Assembly: GCA_015680685.1 (NCBI GenBank)
Contig: MNCI01002855.1
Coordinates: forward strand, 251,524 to 315,523
DNA length: 64,000 bases
Direction: 5' to 3'
Source: Gnetum montanum
Taxonomy: Eukaryota > Plantae > Gnetophyta
The notes under the pieces are model-generated. The model worked only from the letters and a program-made list of their open reading frames with translations. It did no database searches and had not been told where the DNA came from. A program made the translations under genes and the position numbers. Of this stretch, positions 25,901 to 36,678 are shown piece after piece. Position 1 is the first letter of the stretch. Each line of letters begins with the position of its first letter.

Positions 25901-28900
25901 TCTTCCTAGAAGTTGAAGAAATATCTAGCATGTTAAAGAAGTCTCATCATTATCCTAGCCTTATCCCAGCTATATGGGATTGGGTATATGAGTTCTTTTA
26001 TGCCATTTGCTTTTATTAAGAGCCAAATAAGCATTAATGCTCAAATCTTTGATGTCTTTTTTTATGCAAATAAACCAGGTATGTTTTGGTCTACCTCTTT
26101 GTTGGTTCCCCTAAATGTTAAAAAGGTGACTTTTCTACCAGGAGTATTCTTTGGTCTTCTTAGCACATGACCAAACCATCTAATATGATTTCCTTAATTT
26201 TATCATCTATGGAAGCTACTCCCAAACATCCCCTAATAAGAAAGTTATTGAATGAGGTGTTTTGGATAATTTTTTTAGGTTTCAAGACTAAAAATTCATT
26301 TTCATAAAAGAATTTTGTTTCCTTTTTCATCTTTCAATTATTAGTAACAAAAATGTATTAAAATATGTAGGTTAGTCTTGCAAGAAAATATTTGGTGTAC
26401 CTTTATTTTTGGAAAGAATTAACCTAGAATTGTAGACTTGGTTTTTACAGAGGATTACTTAGAGATTAGCTATTTGGCAAGGAAAGCTTTTTACTATGGT
26501 TGGAATATTACAATTAATTTGTAATTGTCTTCAATCTGTATCATTATACTCATTGTCATGTCTTTGGACCCCAAAGGAGGTAGTAAAGAGATAAGACAAA
26601 TTATATCATGAAAGAATCATTAGCAGGACTTAGAAGAAGACAAAAAAATTCATCTATTCAATTGGAATACTATTTTTTTATCTATGAGATTGTGATGGAC
26701 TTGGACTTGAAAAATTAAATTATCTTGATATGACTCTTTTAGGAACATTAGCTTTGAGAATCATGAATGAAGATGTCATGTAGGTTAAAATGGTGAAAGC
26801 TAAATATTTAAACCATACTACAAATTTCCTAGGATAATATTCTTGGTTCTTCTGCCATGTGGACAGGATTTGAAAACGTATGTGCATGGATGAAACATTA
26901 CTGCATGAAATTTGAAAAAGTATGTGCATGGATGAAACATCGCTGCATGAAATTTAAAGACGGTGAGACTTGGTTATAGAAAATAAATATTCATACATAA
27001 TTACAAAGGTATATGAGAATTTCTGTACTTGTCAAGTAGATAAAAAGCTATTCATTGAAAGAAAGTGGGTCTAACTCTACAAAAAGAATTTCATACGAGG
27101 TATGTAGATTAATGCACTTCTTTTGAATTGTTTCTATTGCATTCTAGATAGGCAGATTTCTTCCTTGTTTGTCTTACGATAGCACCAGGCATTCATATCA
27201 TGAAGGCTAGCAAGTTTTGAAGATGCCCTAGAAAAACTAGAAAAAGTTCTTATGAGATGTGTAAAACATAATTTAAAGTTATAGGATTAGGTCACAAGAT
27301 CTTCAAGGAGGGGATAATGATATATCCTTCTAAAGTTAAAAGAATTGAACAGATCTCTGTTTCTACAAAGCTTAAGGAGCTTAGATCTTTTGTTGGTCAT
27401 GTATTTTATTATGAAACTGAAATTTTATTACGTCCATAGACCCTTTGGATATTGGACAGTAAAAATATACATACTATGAATATTCTATCTGTATCCAGTG
27501 TGCTCCAATGCAGGACATTGCAGGAAAATGTGGTATGCATCTTCAATGCTATTGGTATTGCACAGTCAGCATATTTATTCTTCAAAAAAGATAGCAAATT
27601 TGAATAGACCAAAGAATGTGATGATGCTTTTTTAACTTTTTGAACTGCATCTTACTAGAAGCATGTATCCTTCATGGACTAAATTAGCAAAACCTTTTTA
27701 CACAATGGCCAATGCCTTTAACCATTCAATGGAAGAAATCTTGTGTCAAGGATGATAACGGTAAACCTTTTGCAATGCCGTATGTCAGTTTCCAGTGCAC
27801 AATACAATTATACAGATACTGAGACAGAGTTACTGGTTGTAATAATGGCACCTGGTAATTTTAGAAATTATGTTCTAGGATATAAAACTTATATACACGC
27901 TGACCACAATACAATAAGATTCCTTATAAATAAGAAAGAAGTCAATTTGAGAAATATTCATTGTATCTCTTATCGTAAGAATTTGATCTTAAAATAGTTG
28001 ATGAAAAGGGGGCTGAAAACATAGTGGTTGACCATCTCTTTTGGTTAGGATTTCCTGAAGGGAAGGATGCACGCCTGTTAGAGATGAATTCCTAGATGAC
28101 GAACTGTTTCAATTATCATCTAAACCTTGGTATTATTCCATAGAAAGATTCATAGATCAACACCAACAAGAAACGACAGCATTCTTAACCTGAAAATAGA
28201 AGCAGAATTTTTTGAAAAATGCTTAAGAGTTATATTTCTATTAGGGAATGATGTTCAAACATTGCAGAGACAATGTCCTTAGTAGACGTGTGCCTGAGTC
28301 AAATAAGAGAGAATTATTGTAGGTAGCTCATAGTCAAGATAATGGAGGACACTATGAAGGGAAACAGAGTCATAAAAATTTTATAGATAAGTTATTACTG
28401 GCCTAGTCTTTTTAAGGACTGTCATAATTTTATAAACAGACATGATGTTCGCTAGTGTGAGGGAAGACTAACGAAATATTACAAGATGTCTCAACAGTGG
28501 ATTTAAGTGTTAGAACCATTTGATATGTAGGGTATAGATTTTATATGACCTATTGATCCTAAAAAGTCTAGCAAAGGAAAACATTGTAATAGCTGCCAAC
28601 TATCTAGCAGAAGCTATGTCTGATTGTTCTTCCAGAACAACAGTAAAATTCCTTCTTAAAACCGTTATGCATTGACATGGAGCTCCAAAAATTGTAATAT
28701 CTAATCAAGGCTCACATTTCATAGGTCAAACATTTCAATCAATACTGTGGAAGTATGGGACAGAACGTATGATATCAGCAGTCTAATCACATTGAGAGTA
28801 ATGGTTAAAAAGAGGGATCTAATATGGAAATAAACAAATTCTTACCGAACTAGGTAATAGTAAGAAAACAAACTTCATAGACAAATTGTCAGAAGCATTG

Positions 28901-31900
28901 TGGGCACACAGCATTTCATGAAAGCATACTACTGGTCATTCACCATATGAATTAATTTATGGAAAGAATTCAATCCTACATATAGAATTCAATATTAAAA
29001 CTCTAAAAACAACTCAACATTCTAACATGAACATAGATGGCGGGTAAGAATGAATTAGATGAACTTTAGGAGAGATGCGTTATCAAGAAAAGAATTAGAT
29101 CAGGAAAAACTAAAACATTTCATGATAAAACATATTAAAGAAAAACAGGATTTTCAAGAGACAAAGTGGTAGTGTTTAATCCTAGATTTAAAATTTATAA
29201 AAAGAAATTAAAAAAATGGAAAATTTGTTCTGAGAATTTCTGCTTCTTACAATCAGACTTATTGGCAAGGAGAATCCTCATCTTTCATTCCAATAATCAA
29301 GAACACTTGTAGAGCCTTAGCTCTCCCATCAATCAACTCTCTTGTACTCTTGACTCTCATCAATCTCACAATCGATTCCTCAATTGATGAACTTCTAGTT
29401 AAGAAATTGAAGAAGGCTTTCTCTCTCATATTCATGGTTGAGTGTTCATCCTCCCATATTGGACTTTAGCTCATAAGTAATGTTTTTGCTTAAAGATGCC
29501 ATGTGTAGGGAAAATCAACCTTAATTATAGGTTCGGTTTGCATTTTAGTTAAAAGCTGTTTATATTCATTGGAGCTTGCAATTAAACTTATGAATATTTT
29601 GAAATGTCTGTTCATTGCCAGGTGTATTTTTGAAAAATTAGGAGGAGAGAGGATGAAGAAAATGAAGTTTGTTGGCAAATTGGAGGTTGAAAACAGTATT
29701 TATGGACAGTTGGTACTTGGAAAGGGGGTGTCTTCTGATCTAGATGAAATTTTGGCAAAAGAGGCAGTTAAAGCTGGTAAATTTTTACTTACTGATTCAT
29801 GTGTCATTATTGAAGGTCATACCACTTGTTTGCATCATTGTGACAAAGCAACTATTCAGTTTTTCCTTTGTGTTGTTTTTTGTTAATTGCAGTTGCTGCC
29901 AAGAAGCAGAAAATAGCAGCAGAAGTTGCTTCTATTCTGAAATTGTCAGTGAACATTGATACAAGTGAGCCTGAAAGGTGTGTCTACTTGACACCGTATA
30001 CTTTAAATGTTAGAAGCTGTTGAAAAGGTTTTAAAAGTTTGCTTTTGGTTAACAAAAATATGAAAATAGGTGACACTAGAGAAGGTTTTGAAGCAAATTG
30101 GTAACTCTTTTTTCATGTGCAATTGCATTTATGTTTAAAACAACCTTGAAATGGGTGTAGTTGAGATTTAAAAGAGGATAAAGTGGGCAGGCAAAGTAGA
30201 TGAAGCCTGATTATTCTCTCTCAAATATAATATGATCTTTTATTTCTACGTTTCCTTTTTTTTTTTTTAATAAGGAGTTTTGGAAATATATTAAGAAGAA
30301 GGATGTACAAAGTACCTGTGTGGGTTAGGAACAAAAATCTCTCGAAAACGATTCCTAACAAGAGAACCAAAAACAAAAGTAATAGAAGATAACAGTAACG
30401 TCTGAGAACCAAAACCAAAGGGCGGTCCCTGAAGGGGAGATGATTAACATACATACATATATAAAGTATGGTTACCATTTACATTAGGCAGTGTAAGAAA
30501 AACCAACGCAGCCAACAATGTTCAAAAATTCCCACCATAGTCCATCTCTCATTGAGGTTGGCGTTGCCAATTCCGCACATGGATGCCATTATATCTTACC
30601 CAGATTTTAAACCAATGGATAAATTTATGATAATGATTTCTCAGAATTGTTCGCCGGCTGTCATCTCAGTGGAAGATCCTGAGTGCATTTTGCAGCAGTT
30701 CAGATCTTTCTTGATCGCCCCTTTTGTCTAAATGAGCTGTAAGTCTGAGTTTCTTTGGGGTCTTTGTCACCTGGCTTGTGACGGCTGGACATTGAGCGGC
30801 AAAGGTCCAGGACATGAAACAGGGATATCTTTTCCCTGTAAAACATTTCTTGGGTTATGGCTCTGGTGTGATTTATTTGGATTTTCCGATCATATTTCTC
30901 TTCTGGGAGTTTCTGTTTCTTACATTCTGAAACCATATTTCTCTTTCCATTTGATTTTTTCTGGATCTTGAGAGGTGGTGGCAAAGGCTCCTATTGGTCC
31001 AGGGGGGGAGGAAGTGACTCTTGTTGCTTCACATAATTAGCAAAAGACATGATTCGACTATAGGGATACCCCAAGACATATAGCCAACATGATACATTAG
31101 AAGAATTATAGAGGAATATGATGATGCCACAAGTGGAACTCAAATTGACAACCATTTGCCAAACAAAACAATGAACTAACCACTTGAGCCACCTATCACT
31201 GGTTTCCAAAGGGTTGGTATATACCACAATGGTTTGATCATATAATTTATTGTATTATATGTTCTGTAACATTCTTTAAAATGTTTATCATTTCCCTAGT
31301 ATCCACAACCAGAGCAATGAGACCAAATTTTTGCTGGACCTGTGTTGAACAAAGAGCTAAAACACTGTAGAAGAAAGAGGATATTGGAAGGGGTAGTGAG
31401 ATGATTTCAATTTTTGGCCTACACCCATATTTATACAAAAATTTACGTAGCTTCAGCTGACTCATGGTTGTTATGCTTAAGAGTGAATTGAGTGTGTCTT
31501 TTACATGTTTCCTGTATCTAATTTTGTTTAATGTTTCATAAATATATTTTCTCTATCTGAGTTTCTGTTAGTGTTGGTGCTAGTGCTCATTCTTGATTCT
31601 ATTCCTGTCATTGTAAATTAGTCTTGTCCCAGAGTTCAATTATGAGCAATGTAAAGCTGTACTTGTGTAGAATCATTTAGGAAGTTTGGGTGTTTGAACT
31701 GTATATTCGTCATTTAAGTACAAGTGCCAGTTTGGGGCCTGTCATTTTTCAATCACATTCTTACTTCCCATTATCTGAACATCCCAAATCAATGTAATAC
31801 ATGTGTTGGAAGAAACTGGGTCTCATTTTTAATGTTCATTTGTTTTTTGAGATGACATAAAAAGAAAACTTTTAGCAATAGATAACTTGATGAAATAAGG

Positions 31901-34900
31901 ATGGATGATGATTAACAGATGTTGATTCTATAAAAATTGTTGTGCAGAGATAGTAATCATGCGTTTATGTATTTCCCTGCGATTGCTTATATTTGAAAAA
32001 AGGGTTTGGGCAGCTACAAATTAGCATCTTAGAATGAAAAAAAATCTTTGCAAGATCTGACAGCAAACTGGACATAGATTTGTGGAACATTGTGTAGTAA
32101 TAAAATTTGGAGTGCTCTGCTAGCACACATGATATTGAACTTTGGACAAAAAGAAATCACTGATTTTTCGATAGGCTAGAAAACAATCTTTATAGTTTAT
32201 AGTGTTTAGCGATAAAATGTTCGAAATTCTAACTAAATCTAAATGCAAACTCTGGAAATTACTAAAAAGACGTGGGATGTTATATGGAGCAGAATGTTGG
32301 TGATTAAGAAGCAAAAGAACAAATAGAATGCAACTGAGAGCATTTTGCCAATACCTCCTTGTATACATTTTGCCAATGAGAGCATTGCTCAACTGGTAAG
32401 CTTGTAGCTTTGGATGCAAACTGTGAATATGAGTAGCACTTGAGAACACTGTTTGTTGTGTTACTGCTTAAGCTCTCCCCAGGTATTGTGCTAATGTATG
32501 TCCTGGGGGTACATGAGGTTTCCCCTCCCCCACATATGCATTGGGTTCAATCTCTCTGTGGAAAATGATGAGTAGACATTCCACAAATTTAGGAGATTGA
32601 TCTCATCCGTTTATCCCTTCCTAATAAGATGAGATCAGAGTTGTCCATGCTTATCCATATCCATCCATATCCAAGCTTATCCATATCCATCCTTATCCAA
32701 GCTTATCCATATTCATGTTTATCCATTCCTATGATTGTCACATTCTAGAATGTTGTTGGAAGAATCCAACTTTATATATTTGTAGCAGCACATTTTCAGT
32801 AATACATAGATTGAAGATTAGCAGATTAAGAGAGTTTATTTTTTTTGTTCCTTACTTTCTGCTCAGCATAGGTAGAAGATCNTTGAGCTTCTTTTCTAGG
32901 GCGTTAGGTTTAAGTATGTTGCAAATAATGCAATTTTACAGGGGAAAACATGTAGCAGCAGCCTTGCGTGCAGGAGCTGAATATGCTAATAAGTTTGTTG
33001 ATGAATGCATACTTTTGGCCGGAAATCAGATAGGATTGAAAGCAGCTGATAGCATTGGCATGCCTTGCATTATTGTGCGAAGCAGGTAATATTTTGTTTC
33101 AGTGCTTTTTTTTCCCAAACAAATATATGTAATTCATTTATTTGTAATTTAGTGGTTTTGTTTCAAACCTTTCATGATCCATCGTCCAGTGTTAAATTAT
33201 TAGGATACGAAGCAAAGGTTATGGTATGTTTGATGTCATAGTTAACCTTTCTTTACAACGTATTGCAATGAGGCAGATATTTTGTCTTATTATCCTTGTT
33301 ATGACTTGATGTTCTTATCCTATTTTTTAAATATCCATTTCTTTATTACAGGATAGCCTATCATATATTAGAATGGGCGATGAATTTATCGTTGTTTCTT
33401 GATTAATGATAGAATGGGCCACCAACCAGTTTTTACTTTGAAGGTTTAACCATTTTTAAGGATTTGCTTAAGCAAATTACAGTGCTAACCCCTTTTAGTA
33501 GTGATAAAAGACTACCTTCAGTGGCAATTATTATAAAATTTCAAAACCTCATGTTCGTTCTCTCTCACATAATCTCTCTTTTGTGGTTTGGTTGGTACGG
33601 AGGCCACAGAGAAGGAAATTGTATATTTTAAACTTGTTCACCTCCCCACCTTTTCCCATTCTTTCAGAAAACTATTAGTGAAAACCAATATGATCCCTGC
33701 GCTTTGCTAGAGAAGGTAAGGGAACATAATGATAAAAAGTTTGAAATTTGATGTACAGCTTATAGTTAGGACTTGTGACGTGTCCTGCAGATCACAGGTT
33801 CAATCCCAATATGTTATACTGAGATATAAAGAAATTGTTGTCCTATGGAGGCAACACAGCAAGCAACCGTGATGAAGGATCAGCCTCTCCCATGTCTCAT
33901 GAGGAGGCTGAGGTGGAAGATGATGATGATGAGGCTGATTCTCGTAAGATTGAAACTGTCCTGAAGGAACTAGATACTGCCGAACAGCAGGTGGCATGAG
34001 GCAAGCGCATCAAATGATGGCTATGGATAAAGCGACATGTAATAAAGTCCTGAGTTTAGGAGTTTGTTCTTTTAGGAGACTCAGGCTCATAAAAAGGGCT
34101 ACTGTGGTGCAAATTTGGTCAGTATACCAGAAGTTCATGTGCACCCTTAACCAAAAAAAAAAAAAAATATCTGGGAGGAGCAGAGCAATTCAAAATGGTC
34201 ACTATTGTCTTCGAGTTTCTTAGGAGGCAGGATGATAGAGAACACATTGCCCTCATTCATGATAGGACTTTTACAGTGTGTCTCTACTGCATCTTGTGGT
34301 TCTTCATGTTACTTGCTCTGTTGATGGTTGGGCAACGTCAGCCCTGCACTCTGTTTTTGTTGTGGATCCTACAAATGGGGGGATATACTAACCCCTTTTC
34401 CCTAAGTGTCTCTCTTTTCTATTTCCTTGAATTTGCAACCTCCCCTGGGGGAGATTACTGTAAGCAAGGGATCTTCTTGTATATTCACATAAGAGGACAC
34501 AGATAAATACTGACCCTAGTTGGATGCCACCTTGTCTGAGGCTTCCAATTTTTTTATATGATTCTTATTAATTTTTTGTCAGCTAATATAAATGCTGATC
34601 TTTCCCTTAAATGACTTGCTAAATTTTATTTTTTACTTCATTTAAAAAGGGCTAGAGCAGTGAAAAATGATTGAGCTTGATGTATACTTTCTGTTCTTAA
34701 GTGATCCTTCCCATTCAACATTTGAGCTTGCATGAAATTTTTCATCGTCCTTGACATAAAGCAGTCAGAAATCGGAATTGCCTTTGACATACCAAAGAAA
34801 TTGTTCTGGGGCGTTCATGTGAGTCGTTCTTGGACCTTGTGTAAGCCTTGTGAAGAAAGATGTTTCATGTTCAATGTCAGGTAGAGAATGACTTAATCAT

Positions 34901-36317
34901 CTTAAACAACCAATGATACTTCTATGGAGAGTGGAATCACCAAGTTTCATATTTTGCTTGTAGTCACTTCAAAACTTTTGGAATGATCCTAAAGGTGGTG
35001 CAGTTCCTGGAGTCCCCAGGGATCCTAAATAAAATAAAATTTAAAGACAAAGAAACAAATTCCCTCGGAGTTTCCTGCCATTCTTTGGACACATTTCCAT
35101 TCCCAAAAAGTGCATGTTGTTGTAAGGCATAGGCACTAGTCCTAATCTTTTGCTAAACTTCAACAATATTTAATTTTGATAAGTAATGAATTCCATCCTG
35201 TATGTCACATCTTCTTTCGAACTTGTTGCCACCGATCAGTAAGTAGCGTATATACCCCCAAAGATGTGACAATGTTTTCTTTGCTAAGATCATATGTACT
35301 AGGAATTATAATTTATGGCTTTGCAATATAAATTCTAGGTTAAGTAATTGCTTATCATATGTACTAGGAATTATAATTTATGGCTTTGCAATATAAATTC
35401 TAGGTTAAGTAATTGTAAAGCAATGCATAAAGATATTGTTCCCATTCTCTTGTGGATTTTTACAAAAACTTATATATTAAACATCATTTAAATAAGTTTA
35501 TTCTTAAAATTTCTCATTTTGTTGGCATTCTAAAAATGCATAAATTTGTGGACGATAAGACCTAATTTTCAATGATGTTTAGCTTCCTTTCATATTTTTT
35601 GACTCATTTATAATGTATTGCTTGTAACCTATACACAATATATCATGTCTTTACAAGCTTGAAAGATTGTTTGGTTTTCGAACAAGTTTCACTGTCATGA
35701 TATTTCATTTCATAATTTCATCCACACCCTCATGAAAATTGTTACACTTGTTAAAGTTGATGAGAAAAACAATGTGATTTTATACGTATATTTTTTAAAT
35801 ATTTTTTTATCGCTTTCATTGAATCATATCCTCAGTTATCCTTCAATTAGTTTTCTTAGTATTCAAATCAAAGCTATTTCTAAGTGATTTGCAAATTCAC
35901 TTTAACTCATCTTTAAGCTATAGGATTTGCATTAATAGAACATATTAGTTTTTATTTATAAAATAGTGCATGTATATATTTTTCTACTATTATAATCTGC
36001 TAAACATGAAATTCTATTTGAATGTATATTTAATGTAAATTAGCTTTTATTCTTAGTGTTAGAATTTAAATATCATTAAGCAAACGAAGAATAAGAAAAA
36101 ATTTTAATGTTATTTTTGTATTAAAAACATTGCTAAAACGTTGAACTTAATTGTTGTTTCATTTCATATATATATGTATATATATGAATGATCTGGACCA
36201 TGAAATGCTTCTAGTGCTACTTCAAGGGGAGAATTTCCATCTGCAATGACCATCATAGAAGGATTTGGACCAGGAGGCTTAACCATACCCAGATTGCATA
36301 AAATGTTTTCTCCTTAA
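13971..36317 (+). CDS. CbbY-like HAD-superfamily hydrolase-fold protein (At5g45170-like), 11 exons, 367 aa, probable plastid transit peptide
   Basis: Exons 13971-14212, 15562-15611, 15770-15833, 16128-16176, 19180-19248, 19331-19392, 25187-25267, 29622-29776, 29893-29977, 32942-33085, 36215-36317. All introns are GT-AG; exons total 1104 nt and stay in frame. Peptides LLLEVEGVLAD, FNVAFQKFGLDCANW, IGWPASLPTSEK, LRPGVE, YGQLVLGKGVSS, AALRAGAEY, IGMPCIIVRS and GEFPSA match the family as I recall it. Confidence 0.95.
14792..14875. repeat. Perfect 42-bp tandem duplication in intron 1
   Basis: tatatatagaattgaagttttaagtcatgaatcaagctgaag x2. Confidence 0.95.
16940..17790 (+). mobile_element. Penelope-like retroelement fragment (RT C-terminus + GIY-YIG endonuclease) in intron 4
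   Basis: FPFLDVNI...IYRKKTHSGRCLDANS (PLE RT thumb), then GVYQLECSCGKVYIGKSGRSILTRLKEHK (17444-17530) and REKIRESIEI...NVNRD*GL.INEGW. Confidence 0.9.
18160..18600 (+). mobile_element. L1-type LINE 3' fragment (zf-RVT region)
   Basis: Homologous to 31840-32350 (ttttttgagatg...ataacttgat...tggatgatg); resembles the L1 'T.DNL.KRG...C..C' region. Confidence 0.55.
18640..19060 (+). mobile_element. RTE-clade LINE RT fragment
   Basis: KNGKTAGPDSI...GDKGVTWLIKLFNRI...VVPIYNNKGDVQNHANY(R)GIKL, interrupted by a ~100-bp insert. Confidence 0.85.
21190..21620 (+). mobile_element. RTE-clade LINE 3' end
   Basis: MGVHP.DEKIKESHLRWFGHV.RKP.NALVRR...RGRPK; typical end atagctgaccccatgtagttggcataaggct. Confidence 0.85.
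22527..22690 (+). repeat. LTR-like dispersed repeat, copy 1 (others at 23868-24173 and ~27060-27212)
   Basis: gttgacgt.tata.agtgcat...gggt.ctatt.tgc.gttaccaa...aaccctaaaata...gaatg.atttcttttgagtt is shared between the copies. Confidence 0.7.
22710..23230 (+). mobile_element. Ty1/copia integrase-core remnant
   Basis: IKTL.IDNGGKYVSKE...GIKYEITMPWIPQ.DGV...LWGEALDTIVQIVN...PNEIW, matching the copia rve pattern LRTDNGGEY/PYTPQQNG/FWAEA. Confidence 0.85.
23868..24173 (+). repeat. LTR-like repeat, copy 2 (TGTTGA...TCAACA termini, no TSD seen)
   Basis: Inverted 6-bp termini; homology with 22527-22690 and 27090-27212 (ggcattc..atcatgaaggctagcaa). Confidence 0.55.
25480..26860 (+). mobile_element. 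L1-type LINE RT remnant, interrupted by an antisense RTE piece
   Basis: LKLDIAK..., SVPNG...GLRQGDPILPF.F...VEAL, KYLGVPL-like, W.GK..T..G..LI, IHLFNW...GLGL. Confidence 0.8.
25945..26235 (-). mobile_element. RTE LINE 3' end (antisense) nested in the L1 remnant
   Basis: The reverse complement encodes ...IDDKIKEI.LDGLVM/RWFGHV-like sequence and ends acccaatcccatatagctgggataaggctaggataatgatg; homologous to 21190-21620. Confidence 0.8.
26868..26955. repeat. ~41-bp tandem duplication
   Basis: atttgaaaa.gtatgtgcatggatgaaacat..ctgcatgaa x2. Confidence 0.9.
27240..29220 (+). mobile_element. Ty3/gypsy pol remnant (RT end, RNase H, integrase) in intron 7
   Basis: LGHKISS, KELRSFVGH, AQYNYTDTETELLVV, KGAENIVVDHL, GGHY, YYWPSLFKDC, LEPFDM.GIDFI, ISNQGSHF, GHSPYELIYGK. 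Confidence 0.9.
30255..31000 (-). mobile_element. Probable LINE 3' end with poly(A) tail
   Basis: T-run on + at ~30257-30268, preceded on the minus strand by a T-rich 3' UTR; decayed minus frame ...ERSELLQNALRIFH*DDSRRTILRNHYHKFIHWFKIW. Confidence 0.45.
31700..32480 (+). mobile_element. L1-type LINE 3' fragment (zf-RVT region)
   Basis: KLLAIDNL...WMMINRC...NHAFMYFP; homologous to 18160-18600. Confidence 0.6.
32644..32726. repeat. Low-complexity minisatellite (cttatccatatccatc...)
   Basis: Reiterated gcttatccatatccatcc.tatccaa units. Confidence 0.85.
33791..33990 (+). pseudogene. Exon-like fragment of an unidentified gene in intron 10
   Basis: cctgcAG|...|GTggca boundaries; frame DHRFNPNMLY*DIKKLLSYGG...EEAEVEDDDDEADSRKIETVLKELDTAEQQ with a single TGA at 33820. 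Confidence 0.5.
35289..35415. repeat. Tandem duplication, 65-bp period
   Basis: atcatatgtactaggaattataatttatggctttgcaatataaattctaggttaagtaattg x2. Confidence 0.95.
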
Positions 36318-36555
36318 GCATAATTAATATATATATATAGCTGGGGTAGTAACAAACAGCTCCGCCTTTTTGCATAAGCTAGTAACCATACGAAAGCAAA
36401 AGCATTAATTCTTTGACTATTTGCGATGATTGTATTTTCTTTTAATTACAATTTGTATTGAAGTTTGAAATGGAGTGGACCTTCTTGTATATGCATTTCT
36501 ATGCATCAATGAGATATTTTTATGGAGAAAATTATATTATTTTTTTATGATTATG

Positions 36556-36678
36556 TTGCTCTTAGCATACAATTAGTGGATTTTTACTATACATGCAGTG
36601 ATATCTAATTTGTGAAAAATCAAATTGCTTTTAATTAAATCCAAGAGCTTGTGGATCTATTAAACTAGTGTAGTTTAT
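36556..36678 (+). repeat. ~120-bp direct repeat (second copy at 39891-40011)
   Basis: ttgctcttagcataca.ttag.tggattttta.tatacatg...tctaatttgtgaaa...ttaattaaat.caaga.cttgtggatc. Confidence 0.85.
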
